64,000 nt of DNA from Synechococcus sp. (GCA_047285305.1 JBJBDL010000003.1:768001-832000); one strand, 5' to 3'. Positions 1 to 12,568 are shown, numbered from the stretch's first letter. Notes: generated by a model from the letters alone, not told the origin. Made by a program: numbers and translations.

Positions 1-1303
1 AGCCCACCGTGTCGGTGAGCAGTAACCGTTCGGGGCGTGCCCCAGGGCAGGGAAGGTCGAGTTTGCGGGTGGTGGGGTCCAGGGTTGCGAACAACTTGTT
101 CTCCGCTAGGACGCAATCACTGGCCCGTTTGCCGCACAAGGCATTGAGCAGGCTTGATTTGCCCGCATTGGTGTAGCCCACAAGCGCCACCCGTGGCAGA
201 TCACGCCGCTGATCCCGTAAGCGGCTGCGGTGGGATTGAAGTTGGCGTTGATCCCGAAGCAGCCGTTCGATGCGTCGGCTGATGGCCCTTCGGTCTTTTT
301 CCAACTGTGTTTCCCCTGGGCCGCGCGTGCCGATGCCGCCGCCCTGACGCGACAGGCTGCTGCCCCGTCCCAACAGGCGCGGCAACCGGTAGCGCAGCTG
401 AGCCAGTTCCACTTGAAGCCGCCCTGCGGCGCTGCCGGCCCGCTGGGCAAAGATGTCGAGGATCAATTCGCTGCGGTCGGAGACCGGGCAGCTGAGCAGC
501 CGTTCGAGATTGCGGGCCTGCACGGGGGTGAGTTCCCGGTCGGTGATCACCAGGGAGGCCTGGCAGCGGCGGATCTCGAGGGCGGTTTCCTGAAGTTTTC
601 CGGATCCCCATAGCGTTTGGGGATTGGTTTGGCCACGGCGCTGGCTGGTCCGAGCCACCGGTTCGGCGCCGGCACTGCGCACCAGGCCTTCCAGCTCAGC
701 CAGATCCCGCTGGTCGCGCTGTTCATCGCCACTGGTGAGCGTGAGCAGAAGCACCCGCTCGTCTCCGGTTGCGGCACTGGTGCTTTGGGGATGGGGTTCG
801 TCCGGTGTGAGGACGCAAAGATCCCTCAAGTCGCCCTGTTCAAACGGTCTCCAGCCATCGGCTTGAGACGGGTCAGGGATCAAGAGTTCGGCCGGGCGAG
901 CTCCATCGGCCCCTGGACAGGGTGCAAAGCGCAGCCAGTGTCTAGGAGCGATATCAAGGGCGACCACGGCGTCGCGGGGATCTGAGTGCAGCCCTTTGCG
1001 AGCGAAAGGGCAGCTGATCAGGCGCCATCCCCCGCTGCTCCGCCGCGGCGTCGCCGGCAGATGCTGCAGCAGCGAATCGCTACCGGTGAGAGGCCCCAGC
1101 CAGAGCAGGCGGCAGAGGCCGCGGCCGTCCAGCACCAGATGCAATGCCATCTCCAGATCCAGCACCAGGTCGGCCAAGCGTTCGAGGCTCAGCAGATCGG
1201 CGCCGCTGTCTTCGGGATGACGGCGATGGCTCAACCGCTCCAGCTGCCGTTGCTGGCTGGGGCGCAGACCACGGCAACGCCCGCCTAGGTGGGATTGCTT
1301 CAA
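1..1303 (-). CDS. hflX: GTPase HflX, cyanobacterial long form (3' end runs off the window)
   Basis: Read by hand from TTG at 1303: MKQSHLGGRCRGLRPSQQRQLERLSHRRHPED... Later motifs GYTNAGKSSLLN, LFATLDPTTR and LLLTDTVG at the window edge. Start overlaps the upstream stop (TTGA). Confidence 0.9.
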   Translation of the reverse strand, partial: MKQSHLGGRCRGLRPSQQRQLERLSHRRHPEDSGADLLSLERLADLVLDLEMALHLVLDGRGLCRLLWLGPLTGSDSLLQHLPATPRRSSGGWRLISCPFARKGLHSDPRDAVVALDIAPRHWLRFAPCPGADGARPAELLIPDPSQADGWRPFEQGDLRDLCVLTPDEPHPQSTSAATGDERVLLLTLTSGDEQRDQRDLAELEGLVRSAGAEPVARTSQRRGQTNPQTLWGSGKLQETALEIRRCQASLVITDRELTPVQARNLERLLSCPVSDRSELILDIFAQRAGSAAGRLQVELAQLRYRLPRLLGRGSSLSRQGGGIGTRGPGETQLEKDRRAISRRIERLLRDQRQLQSHRSRLRDQRRDLPRVALVGYTNAGKSSLLNALCGKRASDCVLAENKLFATLDPTTRKLDLPCPGARPERLLLTDTVG

Positions 1304-2445
1304 AGGTTCAACAACCAGGCGCCTGCCGAGCGCAGACCCAGAGAGAGCCCTGGCAGGCGAGTGAGATACGTGGCCCGTCGCAACTGGAAGGCCAAGGGGC
1401 CAGCCAGGGTGAGCCCCATGCCGGTAAGGGTGGCGTCACCGACACCGAGGCTGAGCATTTCGCCTCGGTCCTCGAACTGAAAAGGTTGCGGCTCTTCCTT
1501 CACCCGCAGCTTCGCGATGGCTGCGGCAGTGGCATCGCCTTGCTGCATCGCCACCTGGGCGCTGGCGGGCCATGGGCTGCCCGGTCGGGCTGAGAGATCC
1601 CCGAGGGCGAACGTGTTGGCACAGCCCACCAGGCGCAGGTCCTCGTCAACGGCCAGACGCCCTCGTTCCAGCACAGGTGCGGGTGAGATGGCGGGGATGG
1701 AGGGGCTGCTTCCTGCGGTCCAGACCAAGCCTGAATGAGGCAGAACAGCACCATCGGCAAGAACAGCAGTGCTGGAGTTGACTTCGCTCACGCTGGTGTT
1801 GAGCTGGACCACCACCCCCTTGCGTTGCAGTGCTGCCTGGGCCCGCTCGCGATTGAACGCTTTGCTGCCGGGAAGGATTTCATCGCTCATCTCCACCAGT
1901 CGAACGCTGGCAGCACCGTCGATCAGATCCGCCAGCTTGCAGGCCAGTTCCACGCCGGTGGGTCCCGCGCCAACAATGATCAGCCCGGCCTCTCCATCCC
2001 GTTGCTGGTGCAGGTTGTTGAGCCATTGCTTGAGGCGGCTCATATCGCTGAGGTCACGGAAGCCGTAGCTGTGTTCCTTGACGCCTGGAATGCCGAAATC
2101 ATTGGCTTTCGAGCCCGTCGCCAGCACCAGTTGTGACCAGCCCAAGCGGTCTCCGGAGGCCAGTTCGATGCTTTGGCTGGTTTGATCGATGCCAACAACG
2201 CTGTCTTGAATCCAGCAGATGCCGTTGTTCAGTAGTTGGTCGTAGCGGGGGGCCACCTCCCAACCTTGAAGTTCATCGCTGAGCAGTTCGTACAGCAGCG
2301 GTTGAAACAGGAAGCGATCCCGCGGTTCGATCAGAACGATGGGGCAGTTGGGCTGCCGTCGCTGAAGAGCAAGTGCTGTGAACAGTCCTCCGAATCCACC
2401 GCCAACGATCACCACGGCATCCGATTGGGACGAGGGTGAACGCAT
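1300..2445 (-). CDS. NAD(P)/FAD-dependent oxidoreductase, type-2 NADH dehydrogenase family
   Basis: Two dinucleotide-binding motifs (VVIVGGGFGG, IIVGAGPTGVELA), FLFQPLLYEL, FALGD..AQVAMQQG. Start placed at ATG 2445. Confidence 0.88.
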   Translation of the reverse strand: MRSPSSQSDAVVIVGGGFGGLFTALALQRRQPNCPIVLIEPRDRFLFQPLLYELLSDELQGWEVAPRYDQLLNNGICWIQDSVVGIDQTSQSIELASGDRLGWSQLVLATGSKANDFGIPGVKEHSYGFRDLSDMSRLKQWLNNLHQQRDGEAGLIIVGAGPTGVELACKLADLIDGAASVRLVEMSDEILPGSKAFNRERAQAALQRKGVVVQLNTSVSEVNSSTAVLADGAVLPHSGLVWTAGSSPSIPAISPAPVLERGRLAVDEDLRLVGCANTFALGDLSARPGSPWPASAQVAMQQGDATAAAIAKLRVKEEPQPFQFEDRGEMLSLGVGDATLTGMGLTLAGPLAFQLRRATYLTRLPGLSLGLRSAGAWLLNL

Positions 2446-2512
2446 GAAGGGAGTTGCCGGTTTACAAACGATAGGAACCACACCCGGTCCCACGGCAGGG
2501 GAAGATGGCGTG

Positions 2513-3280
2513 ATGACGGAGGCTCCTGAGGCCATGGTGCCCATGGCGGTGCAAAACGAGTTACTCGAAGGGCGCAAGCTGCTGGAGGCAATGGAGCCGC
2601 AGCAGCGTCTGGCCTGGGGATTGGAGCAGTTCGGTGAGAATTTCGCTCTCACCACGAGCTTTGGGATCCAATCGGCGGTGCTTCTGCACATGCTGAGCAC
2701 CCTCCCCGGGGGTAATGCTGTGCCGGTGATCTGGATCGATACCGGTTATTTGCCTCCAGAGACCTACGGCTATGCCGCTCAACTCACACAGCAGCTCAGG
2801 ATTCGTCTGGTGGTGAGTCAGAGCGAGATGTCTCCGGCTCGGATGGAGGCCCTGCACGGGCGGCTTTGGGAGTCTGGTCGCGTGGAAGACCTTGAGACCT
2901 ATCACCGGATCCGCAAGGTTGAACCCCTGGAGCGAGCGCTCAACGACCTCAACACGCGCTGCTGGGCCAGCGGCGTGCGGCGTGGTCAGACCGATCACCG
3001 CCGCTCGATGACCGCTTTGGATCCGATTCGGGAGCGTTGGTCATTGCGCCCCCTGCTCGAGTGGACCAAGCGCGATGTGTACTACTACATGCAGGAGAAC
3101 AGTCTTCCCCAACATCCGTTGTTTGATCAGGGTTATTCCACGGTCGGCGACTGGCATTCCAGTGGTCCTGATGTGGGCGATTTGAGTGGCCGTGACACCC
3201 GCTTCGGTGGTTTGAAGCAGGAGTGCGGAATTCATCTGCCCCAGGAGGTGAATGAAGGGCTAATGGGTGAAGGCATCTGA
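2513..3280 (+). CDS. cysH: Phosphoadenylyl-sulfate (PAPS) reductase
   Basis: TTSFGIQSAVLLH, IDTGYL, RKVEPL, GYSTVGD and C-terminal ECGIH. Start codon uncertain. Confidence 0.95.
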   Translation: MTEAPEAMVPMAVQNELLEGRKLLEAMEPQQRLAWGLEQFGENFALTTSFGIQSAVLLHMLSTLPGGNAVPVIWIDTGYLPPETYGYAAQLTQQLRIRLVVSQSEMSPARMEALHGRLWESGRVEDLETYHRIRKVEPLERALNDLNTRCWASGVRRGQTDHRRSMTALDPIRERWSLRPLLEWTKRDVYYYMQENSLPQHPLFDQGYSTVGDWHSSGPDVGDLSGRDTRFGGLKQECGIHLPQEVNEGLMGEGI

Positions 3281-4006
3281 GTGACAGGGGCTACATGGGG
3301 TGGTGACCGCGTTCTGCTGATTGGCAATAGCCGTTGGCATTGGGCCCAGCGGCAAGACCATGTTGTTTCTATAGATCATGGGTCTCCCGACCCTGGTCGC
3401 ATCGGGACCAACCCTCCGGTTTGGGCCGCGGTGGGGCCGGTGCCTGAGCCGCTCATGGCTTACCAGGATCTGCGCATACGCCTTGAGGATGTGCCCTTGC
3501 CCAAGGCTCCTCCTTGGTTGGGGGTGGACCGCGCTCTCGGGGCTTGGATGGCTTGGCGCTGCAGTCAAGAGCAACAGCTCGACTGTTCCAGAGGGTTGCT
3601 GCTGGTGGATGCCGGCACCGTGTTGAGCCTCACCCGGGTGACTCCGGACGGTTGTTTTGGAGGCGGTCAACTGATCCCGGGCTATCGGCTCCAACTCCAG
3701 GCCATGGCAGAGGGAACCCTCGGTTTGCCATCAACCCCTGAAGAGCCCAATGCCGACGCTCTGCAAGAGGTTTTTCCACAACAGACCATTGCCGCCATGC
3801 AGCGCGGTGTGCTGGAGGCGATGTTGGCCTCCATTGCAGCGGCTCAGCAGCATGCCCAAGGCTTGCTGTGGATCTGCGGTGGTGACGCTGCTCTGTTGAA
3901 GAAACATTGGTCCGGTGCAACGGAGTTGTTGCAGCTGGAGGGCGATCTTCAGTTGGAAGCACTGCTGAGCCTGGGTTATGGACTCAGCTCAGACCGAGAT
4001 CGCTGA
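3281..4006 (+). CDS. coaX: Type III pantothenate kinase
   Basis: LLIGNSRWHW, LGVDR, LVDAGT, GGQLIPG, ICGGDA motifs. Confidence 0.88.
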   Translation: MTGATWGGDRVLLIGNSRWHWAQRQDHVVSIDHGSPDPGRIGTNPPVWAAVGPVPEPLMAYQDLRIRLEDVPLPKAPPWLGVDRALGAWMAWRCSQEQQLDCSRGLLLVDAGTVLSLTRVTPDGCFGGGQLIPGYRLQLQAMAEGTLGLPSTPEEPNADALQEVFPQQTIAAMQRGVLEAMLASIAAAQQHAQGLLWICGGDAALLKKHWSGATELLQLEGDLQLEALLSLGYGLSSDRDR

Positions 4007-4451
4007 TCAGCGTGTCGGCCATGGTGGCCGCTTTCACCTTGAGATAGATCCGCTCGAGTTTTCCTTCTTCATCGATCAGGAAGGTGTGGCGCATCATTCC
4101 CATGTATTCGCGTCCCATGAACTTCTTCAGCCCATAGCTCTCGTAAAGGCTGGCGACGGCACAGGGCTCCTCATCGGTGAGCAGGGTGAAGGGAAGTTCG
4201 TGCTTGTTGATGAATTTGCTGTGGGAGGTGGCTCCGTCCTTGCTGATGCCCAGAACGGTGATGTTATTGGCCTTCAGTTGCTCCCAGCGATCGCGGAAGT
4301 TGCAGGCTTCTTTGGTGCAGCCTGGGGTGTCGTCTTTGGGATAGAAGTACAGAACAACCTTCTTTCCGCGCAGTGAAGCGAGGCTGATGGAATCGCCGTT
4401 TTGATCGGGAAGGGTGAAGTCGGGGGCGGCGTCGCCGATATGCAGACTCAC
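3984..4451 (-). CDS. bcp: Peroxiredoxin Q / thioredoxin-dependent thiol peroxidase
   Basis: APDFTL, VLYFYPKDDTPGCTKEAC. Start at GTG 4451. Confidence 0.95.
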   Translation of the reverse strand: MSLHIGDAAPDFTLPDQNGDSISLASLRGKKVVLYFYPKDDTPGCTKEACNFRDRWEQLKANNITVLGISKDGATSHSKFINKHELPFTLLTDEEPCAVASLYESYGLKKFMGREYMGMMRHTFLIDEEGKLERIYLKVKAATMADTLISDLGLS

Positions 4452-4543
4452 AGGAAAGGCTTGTTCAGTGGCGGCAGCGTACGGCCAACAGGACAAGACT
4501 GTCTGTGCTGCCTACGTTGCAATCAACCTGCAGCTGTTGGGCC

Positions 4544-5155
4544 ATGTCGTCGCGGATCTGGGTCCAGCAAATCGCAGGTTCCCTGTCTCCTCTTGTTTTT
4601 TGGACCTGCCTCACTGTCATTCCTGGGCCGTCGTCAAAAGCAGGTACTCAGCAACCGGTGCGCTGGAACACGGGCGGCTCAGTTAGTACCACTACTTACA
4701 GCGAGCTCGAATCCTTTCTTGTTGACGGCGAGGTCACAGACCGTGCCCTTCAGGATGCCATTCGGATGTCTGGCTGGACCGCTGAAGAGCTCCGTTTTGG
4801 TTTGAACAAGACCTATGCAGTTGACCTCGCCGGTGTATCCCGGTTCCTTTATTCCGACGCTGGTGAAGCCTTCCTGGATGATCAAACAAGGTCTTATGTC
4901 CCTTATTGGCGCCAAAAGGCAACGGCGGCAACGGCTCTGCGGGCCGCCATCATCGCGGATGCCAAGGATGGGCTCATTAGCTCAATCGGCATCATGAAAC
5001 AGCTGCCCGTCGCCTTCCGTTTATCTGATAGCGGACCGAATGACGGCAGGCAGAGGGTTTGTGCTCCTGACAAGGTGAGCGGAGCCCAGGCGACTTCGTT
5101 GCTGTCCTGGTATGTCTTTCTGCCTGCTTGCATCAAAGCCAACTCAGAGCTCTGA
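4544..5155 (+). CDS. Exported hypothetical protein, possibly DUF1400-like
   Basis: Signal-peptide-like N-terminus. ELESFL..G and ALRAAIIADAKDG.IS.IG resemble cyanobacterial DUF1400 proteins. Confidence 0.5.
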   Translation: MSSRIWVQQIAGSLSPLVFWTCLTVIPGPSSKAGTQQPVRWNTGGSVSTTTYSELESFLVDGEVTDRALQDAIRMSGWTAEELRFGLNKTYAVDLAGVSRFLYSDAGEAFLDDQTRSYVPYWRQKATAATALRAAIIADAKDGLISSIGIMKQLPVAFRLSDSGPNDGRQRVCAPDKVSGAQATSLLSWYVFLPACIKANSEL

Positions 5156-5160
5156 TTTCT

Positions 5161-7359
5161 TTATTTCAGCCCAGGCTTCGGCGGGGTTTTTGATGGCGTG
5201 CCGCGCTCTCCTTGGATCAATTGATGGCGCATCGGTATTCGCAGACCGAACTCGCCCAAGCCGTTCAACGATTGGCGCAACTTCGTCATCACCTCCTTGT
5301 TGATCTCCCCCATGGCCTGCCGGTAGGGCGACCCTTCGGCAAGCCATCGCTCAGCCAGTTCCGTCCCCCCCGGAAGGGTTAGATCTTCCACCCACTGCTC
5401 ACAACTGATCTGCCAGCCAGCGTTCGCCAACAACTTGTCTGGACGCTGCTGCCGCTCAAGCCACTGCTGTTCTTTAGCCACAAGATCGCGGAATAGCTCT
5501 GTTGGATCGCCGGCTTGCCGCAATGCACCAGCGGGCCCCAGCTCGGTGCGGCTGATCAATAGCCGTAAGCCCGTTCTTGGCTGGGCATGCCGGTTGATCT
5601 CCTCCAGCAGCGCTGTCCAGTTCTGCCCTTGCAGGTCGACTGCGGCGATCCGTCCTCCGATCCAGTCGAAGGCTTGGTTCGGTGGCAGAGCATCGAGGTT
5701 GCCCGTCAATAGGTCTGGCCGATGCTCCGGTTCAAGCAAATCCATCTGCGCTTCCAAGCGGCTGCGGTCGGCTTCGTTGTCGCAGAGCACGGTCACGCCA
5801 CCCTCCGGGTTGGCTCTCAATGGATCGAGAGCCCAGATCATCGAGCGCATCCCCAACAACAGCACCCGATCTCGACGGGTCCAGGGGATGTCCCGCCAGA
5901 GCCGTTCGCGCAGTCGCTGCAGCCGTTCTCCCCCCTGCCCTAGCTGGCGTTGTACCCAGCGGTCCACGCCGGGACGATCGGGTCCGCTGCTGAGTAGCAA
6001 GGGTTGGTCGGCGGCTAACTCCGCGGCCGCGGCGAGTTGAGCCGCCCGGCGTTCGGCCATCCGCTCGCGCCGTTCGCCTTCCCAACCGAGTTGGCCGGGC
6101 TGCCAGAACACTTCCCCTTGCAGGGGTGTGGGGAGGTATTGCTGCTCCACCCAGTGTTCCGCGAAGGCGTGTGGGTAGCGGTAGCCCATGCCATCACCGA
6201 AGGCGGCTCTATCGCGGTTGGCATCCCGCAAATGCCCGGGTACGTCCTGCTGACGGGCATCGCGGACTGTTTTGAGGGCATCAAAGAAGCCCAGAACGCT
6301 GTTGCTCTTTTCGGTGCTCGCTAGGTACAGGGCGGCCTGGGCCAAGGGATATAAGCCTTCGGGCAGCCCCACCCGTTCGAAGGCTGCGGCACAGGCTTCC
6401 ACCACAACGATGGCCTGCGGGTCGGCCAAGCCGATATCTTCTCCCGCTGCAATCAGCATCCGCCGAAAAATGAAGCGGGGGTTTTCACCGGCTTCCACCA
6501 TGCGTGCAAGCCAGAAGAGCGCCGCATCGGCGTCGGAGCCCCGCAGCGATTTGATGAAGGCGCTGATCGTGTCGTAGTGAGCATCGCCGTGCTTGTCGTA
6601 CAGCACAGCACGCTGCTGAATCGATTCCTCGGCGATGGCCAGGTTGATCTGAATCACGCCCTCACCATCGGGTTCGGAACTCTCCACGGCCAGTTCAAGG
6701 GCATTGAGCAGGCTGCGGGCGTCTCCGCTCGCCACATCCACAAGGTGGTTAGCGGCATCGCTGCTGATTGCGATGGCACGGTCGCCGTAGCCCCGCTCGT
6801 CGTCTGCCAGGGCGCGTCGCAGGAGCCGCTGCAAATCCTCAGGCTCCAGTGGCAGTAAGCGAAACAGTCGTGAGCGGCTGACCAGTGCTTTGTTGACTTC
6901 GAAGTAGGGGTTTTCTGTGGTGGCACCGATCAGGGTGACGGTGCCGTTCTCCACCCACGGCAACAGCGCATCTTGCTGGGCGCTATTGAAACGGTGCACT
7001 TCGTCGATAAACAGGATCGAGCGCAAGCCATGCCGTTCAAGGCGTTGGCGTGCATCATCCACTTCGGATCTCAGGTCCTTAACACCGGCCAGCACGGCGT
7101 TGAGGCTGCTGAAGTGAGCGCGGGTGTGGTTGGCAATGATCCGCGCCAGGGTGGTTTTGCCGACCCCGGGCGGGCCATGCAAGATCAGGTTGCCGACTCG
7201 ATCGGCCTTGATGGCACGTCGTAGGAGCCGTCCGTTGGCGAGGATTCCGCTTTGGCCCTCGAATTCCTCCAATGTGCGCGGACGCATGCGATCGGCTAGG
7301 GGAGCCATCCGCCGCCGTTGTTGCTCACCGTGAAAAGCGAAGAGGTCCTGAGCCAACAC
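5161..7359 (-). CDS. rarA: Replication-associated recombination AAA+ ATPase (RarA/MgsA) with C-terminal extension
   Basis: [14 protein letters not shown], Walker [39 protein letters not shown]. Confidence 0.92.
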   Translation of the reverse strand: MLAQDLFAFHGEQQRRRMAPLADRMRPRTLEEFEGQSGILANGRLLRRAIKADRVGNLILHGPPGVGKTTLARIIANHTRAHFSSLNAVLAGVKDLRSEVDDARQRLERHGLRSILFIDEVHRFNSAQQDALLPWVENGTVTLIGATTENPYFEVNKALVSRSRLFRLLPLEPEDLQRLLRRALADDERGYGDRAIAISSDAANHLVDVASGDARSLLNALELAVESSEPDGEGVIQINLAIAEESIQQRAVLYDKHGDAHYDTISAFIKSLRGSDADAALFWLARMVEAGENPRFIFRRMLIAAGEDIGLADPQAIVVVEACAAAFERVGLPEGLYPLAQAALYLASTEKSNSVLGFFDALKTVRDARQQDVPGHLRDANRDRAAFGDGMGYRYPHAFAEHWVEQQYLPTPLQGEVFWQPGQLGWEGERRERMAERRAAQLAAAAELAADQPLLLSSGPDRPGVDRWVQRQLGQGGERLQRLRERLWRDIPWTRRDRVLLLGMRSMIWALDPLRANPEGGVTVLCDNEADRSRLEAQMDLLEPEHRPDLLTGNLDALPPNQAFDWIGGRIAAVDLQGQNWTALLEEINRHAQPRTGLRLLISRTELGPAGALRQAGDPTELFRDLVAKEQQWLERQQRPDKLLANAGWQISCEQWVEDLTLPGGTELAERWLAEGSPYRQAMGEINKEVMTKLRQSLNGLGEFGLRIPMRHQLIQGERGTPSKTPPKPGLK

Positions 7360-7513
7360 ACCATCGGCGATGCCCCAGTGTCCCTGACGTTCTCAATCCG
7401 CGCTTGAGCTGGTCCAAATCGGACGCTTTTGGGTATGCCTCTTGCCAGACCTGCAAATCCTGGCGGCCCGGTCCTCATGAACACCGCATAATCCGTTCCA
7501 AAGACTTTTTGCC

Positions 7514-8587
7514 GTGCGTCATCCGCAGCGCCTTTTGCTATCCCTTGCGGCTTTGATCATGGTTAGTTCCTGCAGGAACGAAGCACCGAAGCCCCCGCCG
7601 CCGAAGGTTCAGGCTGCTGCTACTCGGATGGTGGAATTTACCGAGGGGATCGACACCGTCAGCACTCTCGAGGCCAGCAACCTTGTGGAGTTGGCCGCCC
7701 AATCGGGTGGACAAATTGAGCAGCTGAAGATTCGCCAGGGTGATGAAGTTGCAGCCGGACAGCTTCTGCTGGTGCTTGATCAAGAGCAGGAAAAAGCCAA
7801 CGCCGAAACCGCTAAAGCTAATTTCGAGCGTTACGCCTACCTGGCAGAGGTGGGAGCGACGTCGCAGCAGGAGTTGGACCGCTACCGGACTCAGTACATC
7901 GAAGCGAAGGCCAAGCTCGGTTACACCAATCTGCGCTCCCCCTCCGCCGGCACAGTCGCTGATGTGAAGGTGAAAGTGGGTGACGTGATCCAGCAGGGCC
8001 AGGTGTTTACCAGCCTTGTTCAGAACAATGAGCTGGAAGCAAAGGTGGAAGTGCCTGCGATCTTCTTGTCCCGGCTGCAGGAGGGCCAGCCCGTTTTGCT
8101 GATGGCCCCTGGCAGCGAAGAAGTACTGGCCACAGGTGCATTGGAATCAATTGATCCACGCATCAATCCCAACACCCAAGGATTGCTGGTGATGGCGGTG
8201 TTCCCCAATAGCGAAGGAACCCTGCGAGATGGTTTGCGACTGCATACGCGAGTGCAGATCAATGCTGAGGAACAGTTGGCCGTTCCCTTTGCCGCTGTCA
8301 CCCAGACCTCGGGTCAGAGCTTTGTCTTCCGGCTCGGGAGTTTCGATGAGCTAAGGGAGAACCCTGGCAAGGCGGATTTAAAGAGTCTGGAGCTGGGCAT
8401 CAAGGCCGGCGAGCTTCCGGCGAACGCGCAGTTCGCCTTACAGACGCCAGTCACGGTGGGCGCGCTGGAGAACAACCTGTATCCCATCACCAAGGGCCTG
8501 AAGCTGAATCAGAGGGTGGCCACCACCAACCTGCTGAACCTCAGACACGGGATGCCTGTGCAGGTGCAACCCGCCAAGGGGAACTGA
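7514..8587 (+). CDS. RND efflux periplasmic adaptor (MFP) subunit, lipoprotein
   Basis: Lipobox-like MVSSC, biotinyl-lipoyl-like halves (IRQGDEVAAGQLL; LRSPSAGTV..VKVGDVI), IDPRINPNT. Confidence 0.88.
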   Translation: MRHPQRLLLSLAALIMVSSCRNEAPKPPPPKVQAAATRMVEFTEGIDTVSTLEASNLVELAAQSGGQIEQLKIRQGDEVAAGQLLLVLDQEQEKANAETAKANFERYAYLAEVGATSQQELDRYRTQYIEAKAKLGYTNLRSPSAGTVADVKVKVGDVIQQGQVFTSLVQNNELEAKVEVPAIFLSRLQEGQPVLLMAPGSEEVLATGALESIDPRINPNTQGLLVMAVFPNSEGTLRDGLRLHTRVQINAEEQLAVPFAAVTQTSGQSFVFRLGSFDELRENPGKADLKSLELGIKAGELPANAQFALQTPVTVGALENNLYPITKGLKLNQRVATTNLLNLRHGMPVQVQPAKGN

Positions 8588-8596
8588 GGTTGATCG

Positions 8597-8670
8597 ATAT
8601 AGGCTTCCAATAATTTCATCACCAAACCAGTTTTCAGCAGGGTTTGCACTCTTTCGATTGCGGTCGTCTT
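8597..8670 (+). pseudogene. Vestigial 5' end of an RND permease gene (AcrB-like)
   Basis: ATA TAG then ASNNFITKPVFSRVCTLSIAVV, resembling the NFIxRPV N-terminus of RND permeases, directly after the MFP gene. Confidence 0.6.
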
Positions 8671-8706
8671 CACTGTGTTTCAGACTTAGCAAGTGATGCC
8701 CCAGGT

Positions 8707-10380
<1,674 letters not shown>

Positions 10381-10559
10381 CTATGTGCGGAACCTAAACA
10401 TGGAAATCCATTTGTAATGCGTCGGTTGAGACCAGTTGATGTCGTTACCCCTGTGGCCCGCACCAAGCCTGAGGACTATGCATTGCAGAGCTGGAAGCGA
10501 GCCATTCGCTTGCCGAAGCTTTTTGAGAGGCATTGACTGCCACAAGTTTTGGATCACTC

Positions 10560-10943
10560 TCAAGCCTGACGCGATTTAAGTTTCTCCTTCTTGGTCACCG
10601 GCTCTGCGCAGAACCGTGGGATACGACGGGCTGTGTTTGTGATGGTGTCTTTGCGCCTGAAGTCGTTGTTGTTAGCGACCTTGGCTTCGTCCATCAACAT
10701 CCACAACAAGTCCTTGCACCGCTCGGGCAATCTGGGGTGATCCATTAAAGGATCAGCGAGCTGCCTTACTCGCTTGCAGGTCTCTTTTGAGTTGTCTCGG
10801 GAACATGCGTAGGCGGCCTGTTCGATGCCTCGCAGTTGCTCTTTGCTGGGCCAAGCCACATAGGGCTCAGCAGCCATAGACGGAGCAGTCATGGATAACA
10901 CCATGAAGATGCGAATTAGGACAGGGAAGTTCATGATGCTCAT
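10560..10943 (-). CDS. Conserved exported hypothetical protein with four Cys
   Basis: Clean ORF, signal peptide, ADPLMDHPRLP..CKD motif. Confidence 0.7.
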   Translation of the reverse strand: MSIMNFPVLIRIFMVLSMTAPSMAAEPYVAWPSKEQLRGIEQAAYACSRDNSKETCKRVRQLADPLMDHPRLPERCKDLLWMLMDEAKVANNNDFRRKDTITNTARRIPRFCAEPVTKKEKLKSRQA

Positions 10944-11113
10944 TATCTTTCGTTTGACTTGGTTTTTCAGTTACTCGTTACTCCGACTTCTACGGATTTT
11001 TTGCCGATCGAGTTTTCATTGGGTATTTGGTGGGATTCCCAGTCCAGTGCTGTTGTCCCAGAGCCGCTCCATGGCCAGATCAAGAACTTGGCGTAATCAG
11101 AGTTCCCAGATCT

Positions 11114-11320
11114 TCAGTGGGGCATCTCCGATGTCTTCAGCATCGCCACAAACCAAAGTCCACTCAGCACGAGGGCGACGCCCACGCCGGCTCCGATGCC
11201 CACCCGGGCCATCACCAAAGGGACCACCAATGGAAAAGCCATCGCCCCCGCGAGAGGGGTGATGGCCACGAACCAGCGCAGGGACGCCGGTGCTTTGGAA
11301 TCGGAACGGTTCAGAACCAC
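11114..11320 (-). CDS. Small membrane protein with two TM helices
   Basis: 68 aa hydrophobic ORF overlapping the upstream gene's stop. Confidence 0.65.
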   Translation of the reverse strand: MVLNRSDSKAPASLRWFVAITPLAGAMAFPLVVPLVMARVGIGAGVGVALVLSGLWFVAMLKTSEMPH

Positions 11321-12384
11321 TCGGCGCGGGCTTCGCTTGCAGGGTTGCTGTTGTCTTCAGGGGTCTCACGCTTGAAGTTCAGCGTGATGTTGCGCTTCTG
11401 TTCCCCATCAGAGGCAGTGGCTTCGATGGCATACATCTGTTCGCCATCCCGGAACGGAACTTGGATCCTGAAGGTTCCGTCGGTGGAGAGAGGCACTTCC
11501 TCACCGCCGATGGTGAGGCGAGCGGAAGGGTCGGTGGCGCCATAGACGATCAGTTCGGAGTCAGCCACCAGCCAGAAGGAGCGTTGGCGGGGAGCCACGC
11601 CACCAAGGCCAGACTCATTGCGGCCGCTGGCCCAGAGGCCAGCTCCCGAGTCGTTTAAGCCACTGCTGTCGCCGGAGACGTCAAAGCCTTCTTGGAATTC
11701 CTCAGAGCCAACACGACGGCGGCTGAAGTGAACCGTGGCGCTTTGGTACAGGCGCTCGTGCAAGCCACTATTACTTGTTTCGACCGGTGCCACGGGAGCT
11801 GCCGCAGATTCGGCCGATGCAGTATCGAGGCTGAAGGGCACGAATTGATCAAGGATCTGCTCACTGGGGTGAAGAGCTGGCACGCGGGCCACGGAGGAGA
11901 AGGCCAGGGACATCCAAGTCGCTCCAATGCGGTAGCCCAACTCCACCCGGTAATCCCGGTCGCAGAGAGGTACAGGCAAATACCACTCGGTGCTGTGGCT
12001 GTCGACGGGCACTTCCTGGAGGGTGTGCGGATGGGCATTGCCGTCCTGCATGCCTGTCACGTCAGCCAGGCGCAAGCAAAGTCGACTGGCGCCATCCTTT
12101 TGAGCCAACTTTCGGTCTGCGTCGGAGATCTCCCAGAACACGTAAGCCCACTGGGGATCACGGGGCAAGAACACAACGCGGGTGTCGCTGCTGCCTATGG
12201 CCGGAGCGTTGAGTTCCGCTTCGATGGCCTTCAGGTCTCCACCACGCTTCTGCTGACGCTGGGCAACCTCATCGACCAGGGTCTCCTTGCTCTTGCGGCT
12301 GTAGAGCGGGACTCCTAGGTCGCTGGCGATCTGACGCAGTTGACGAAGGGTGAGACGTGCCAGTGATGACAGGGTTTGGGACAC
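11311..12384 (-). CDS. DUF4912-family protein with Rho-N-terminal-like domain
   Basis: LTLRQLRQIASDLGVPLYSRKSKE, VFLPRDPQWAYVFWE, FWLVADSELIVYGAT. Confidence 0.85.
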   Translation of the reverse strand: MSQTLSSLARLTLRQLRQIASDLGVPLYSRKSKETLVDEVAQRQQKRGGDLKAIEAELNAPAIGSSDTRVVFLPRDPQWAYVFWEISDADRKLAQKDGASRLCLRLADVTGMQDGNAHPHTLQEVPVDSHSTEWYLPVPLCDRDYRVELGYRIGATWMSLAFSSVARVPALHPSEQILDQFVPFSLDTASAESAAAPVAPVETSNSGLHERLYQSATVHFSRRRVGSEEFQEGFDVSGDSSGLNDSGAGLWASGRNESGLGGVAPRQRSFWLVADSELIVYGATDPSARLTIGGEEVPLSTDGTFRIQVPFRDGEQMYAIEATASDGEQKRNITLNFKRETPEDNSNPASEARAEWF

Positions 12385-12516
12385 GTCTAAAAACTCCAGG
12401 TTTCGTTTGGGATCATTGTGATCCGAAAAATTCCTTTTCGAAGCGTTAAGTGGCCAAGGGTCAGTGGATGCTGACCACTGGGTGAGCTTCGATCCCGGGG
12501 ATCACAGTCAGAGACA

Positions 12517-12547
12517 CAAAAAAAGCGGAGCCGAAGCACCGCTTTTG
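12517..12547 (-). terminator. Rho-independent terminator after cpcG
   Basis: AAAAGCGG-agccgaagca-CCGCTTTT hairpin with an A-run on + (U-tail on -). Confidence 0.7.
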
Positions 12548-12568
12548 TGAACAAGTTTGGTGCTTGGA

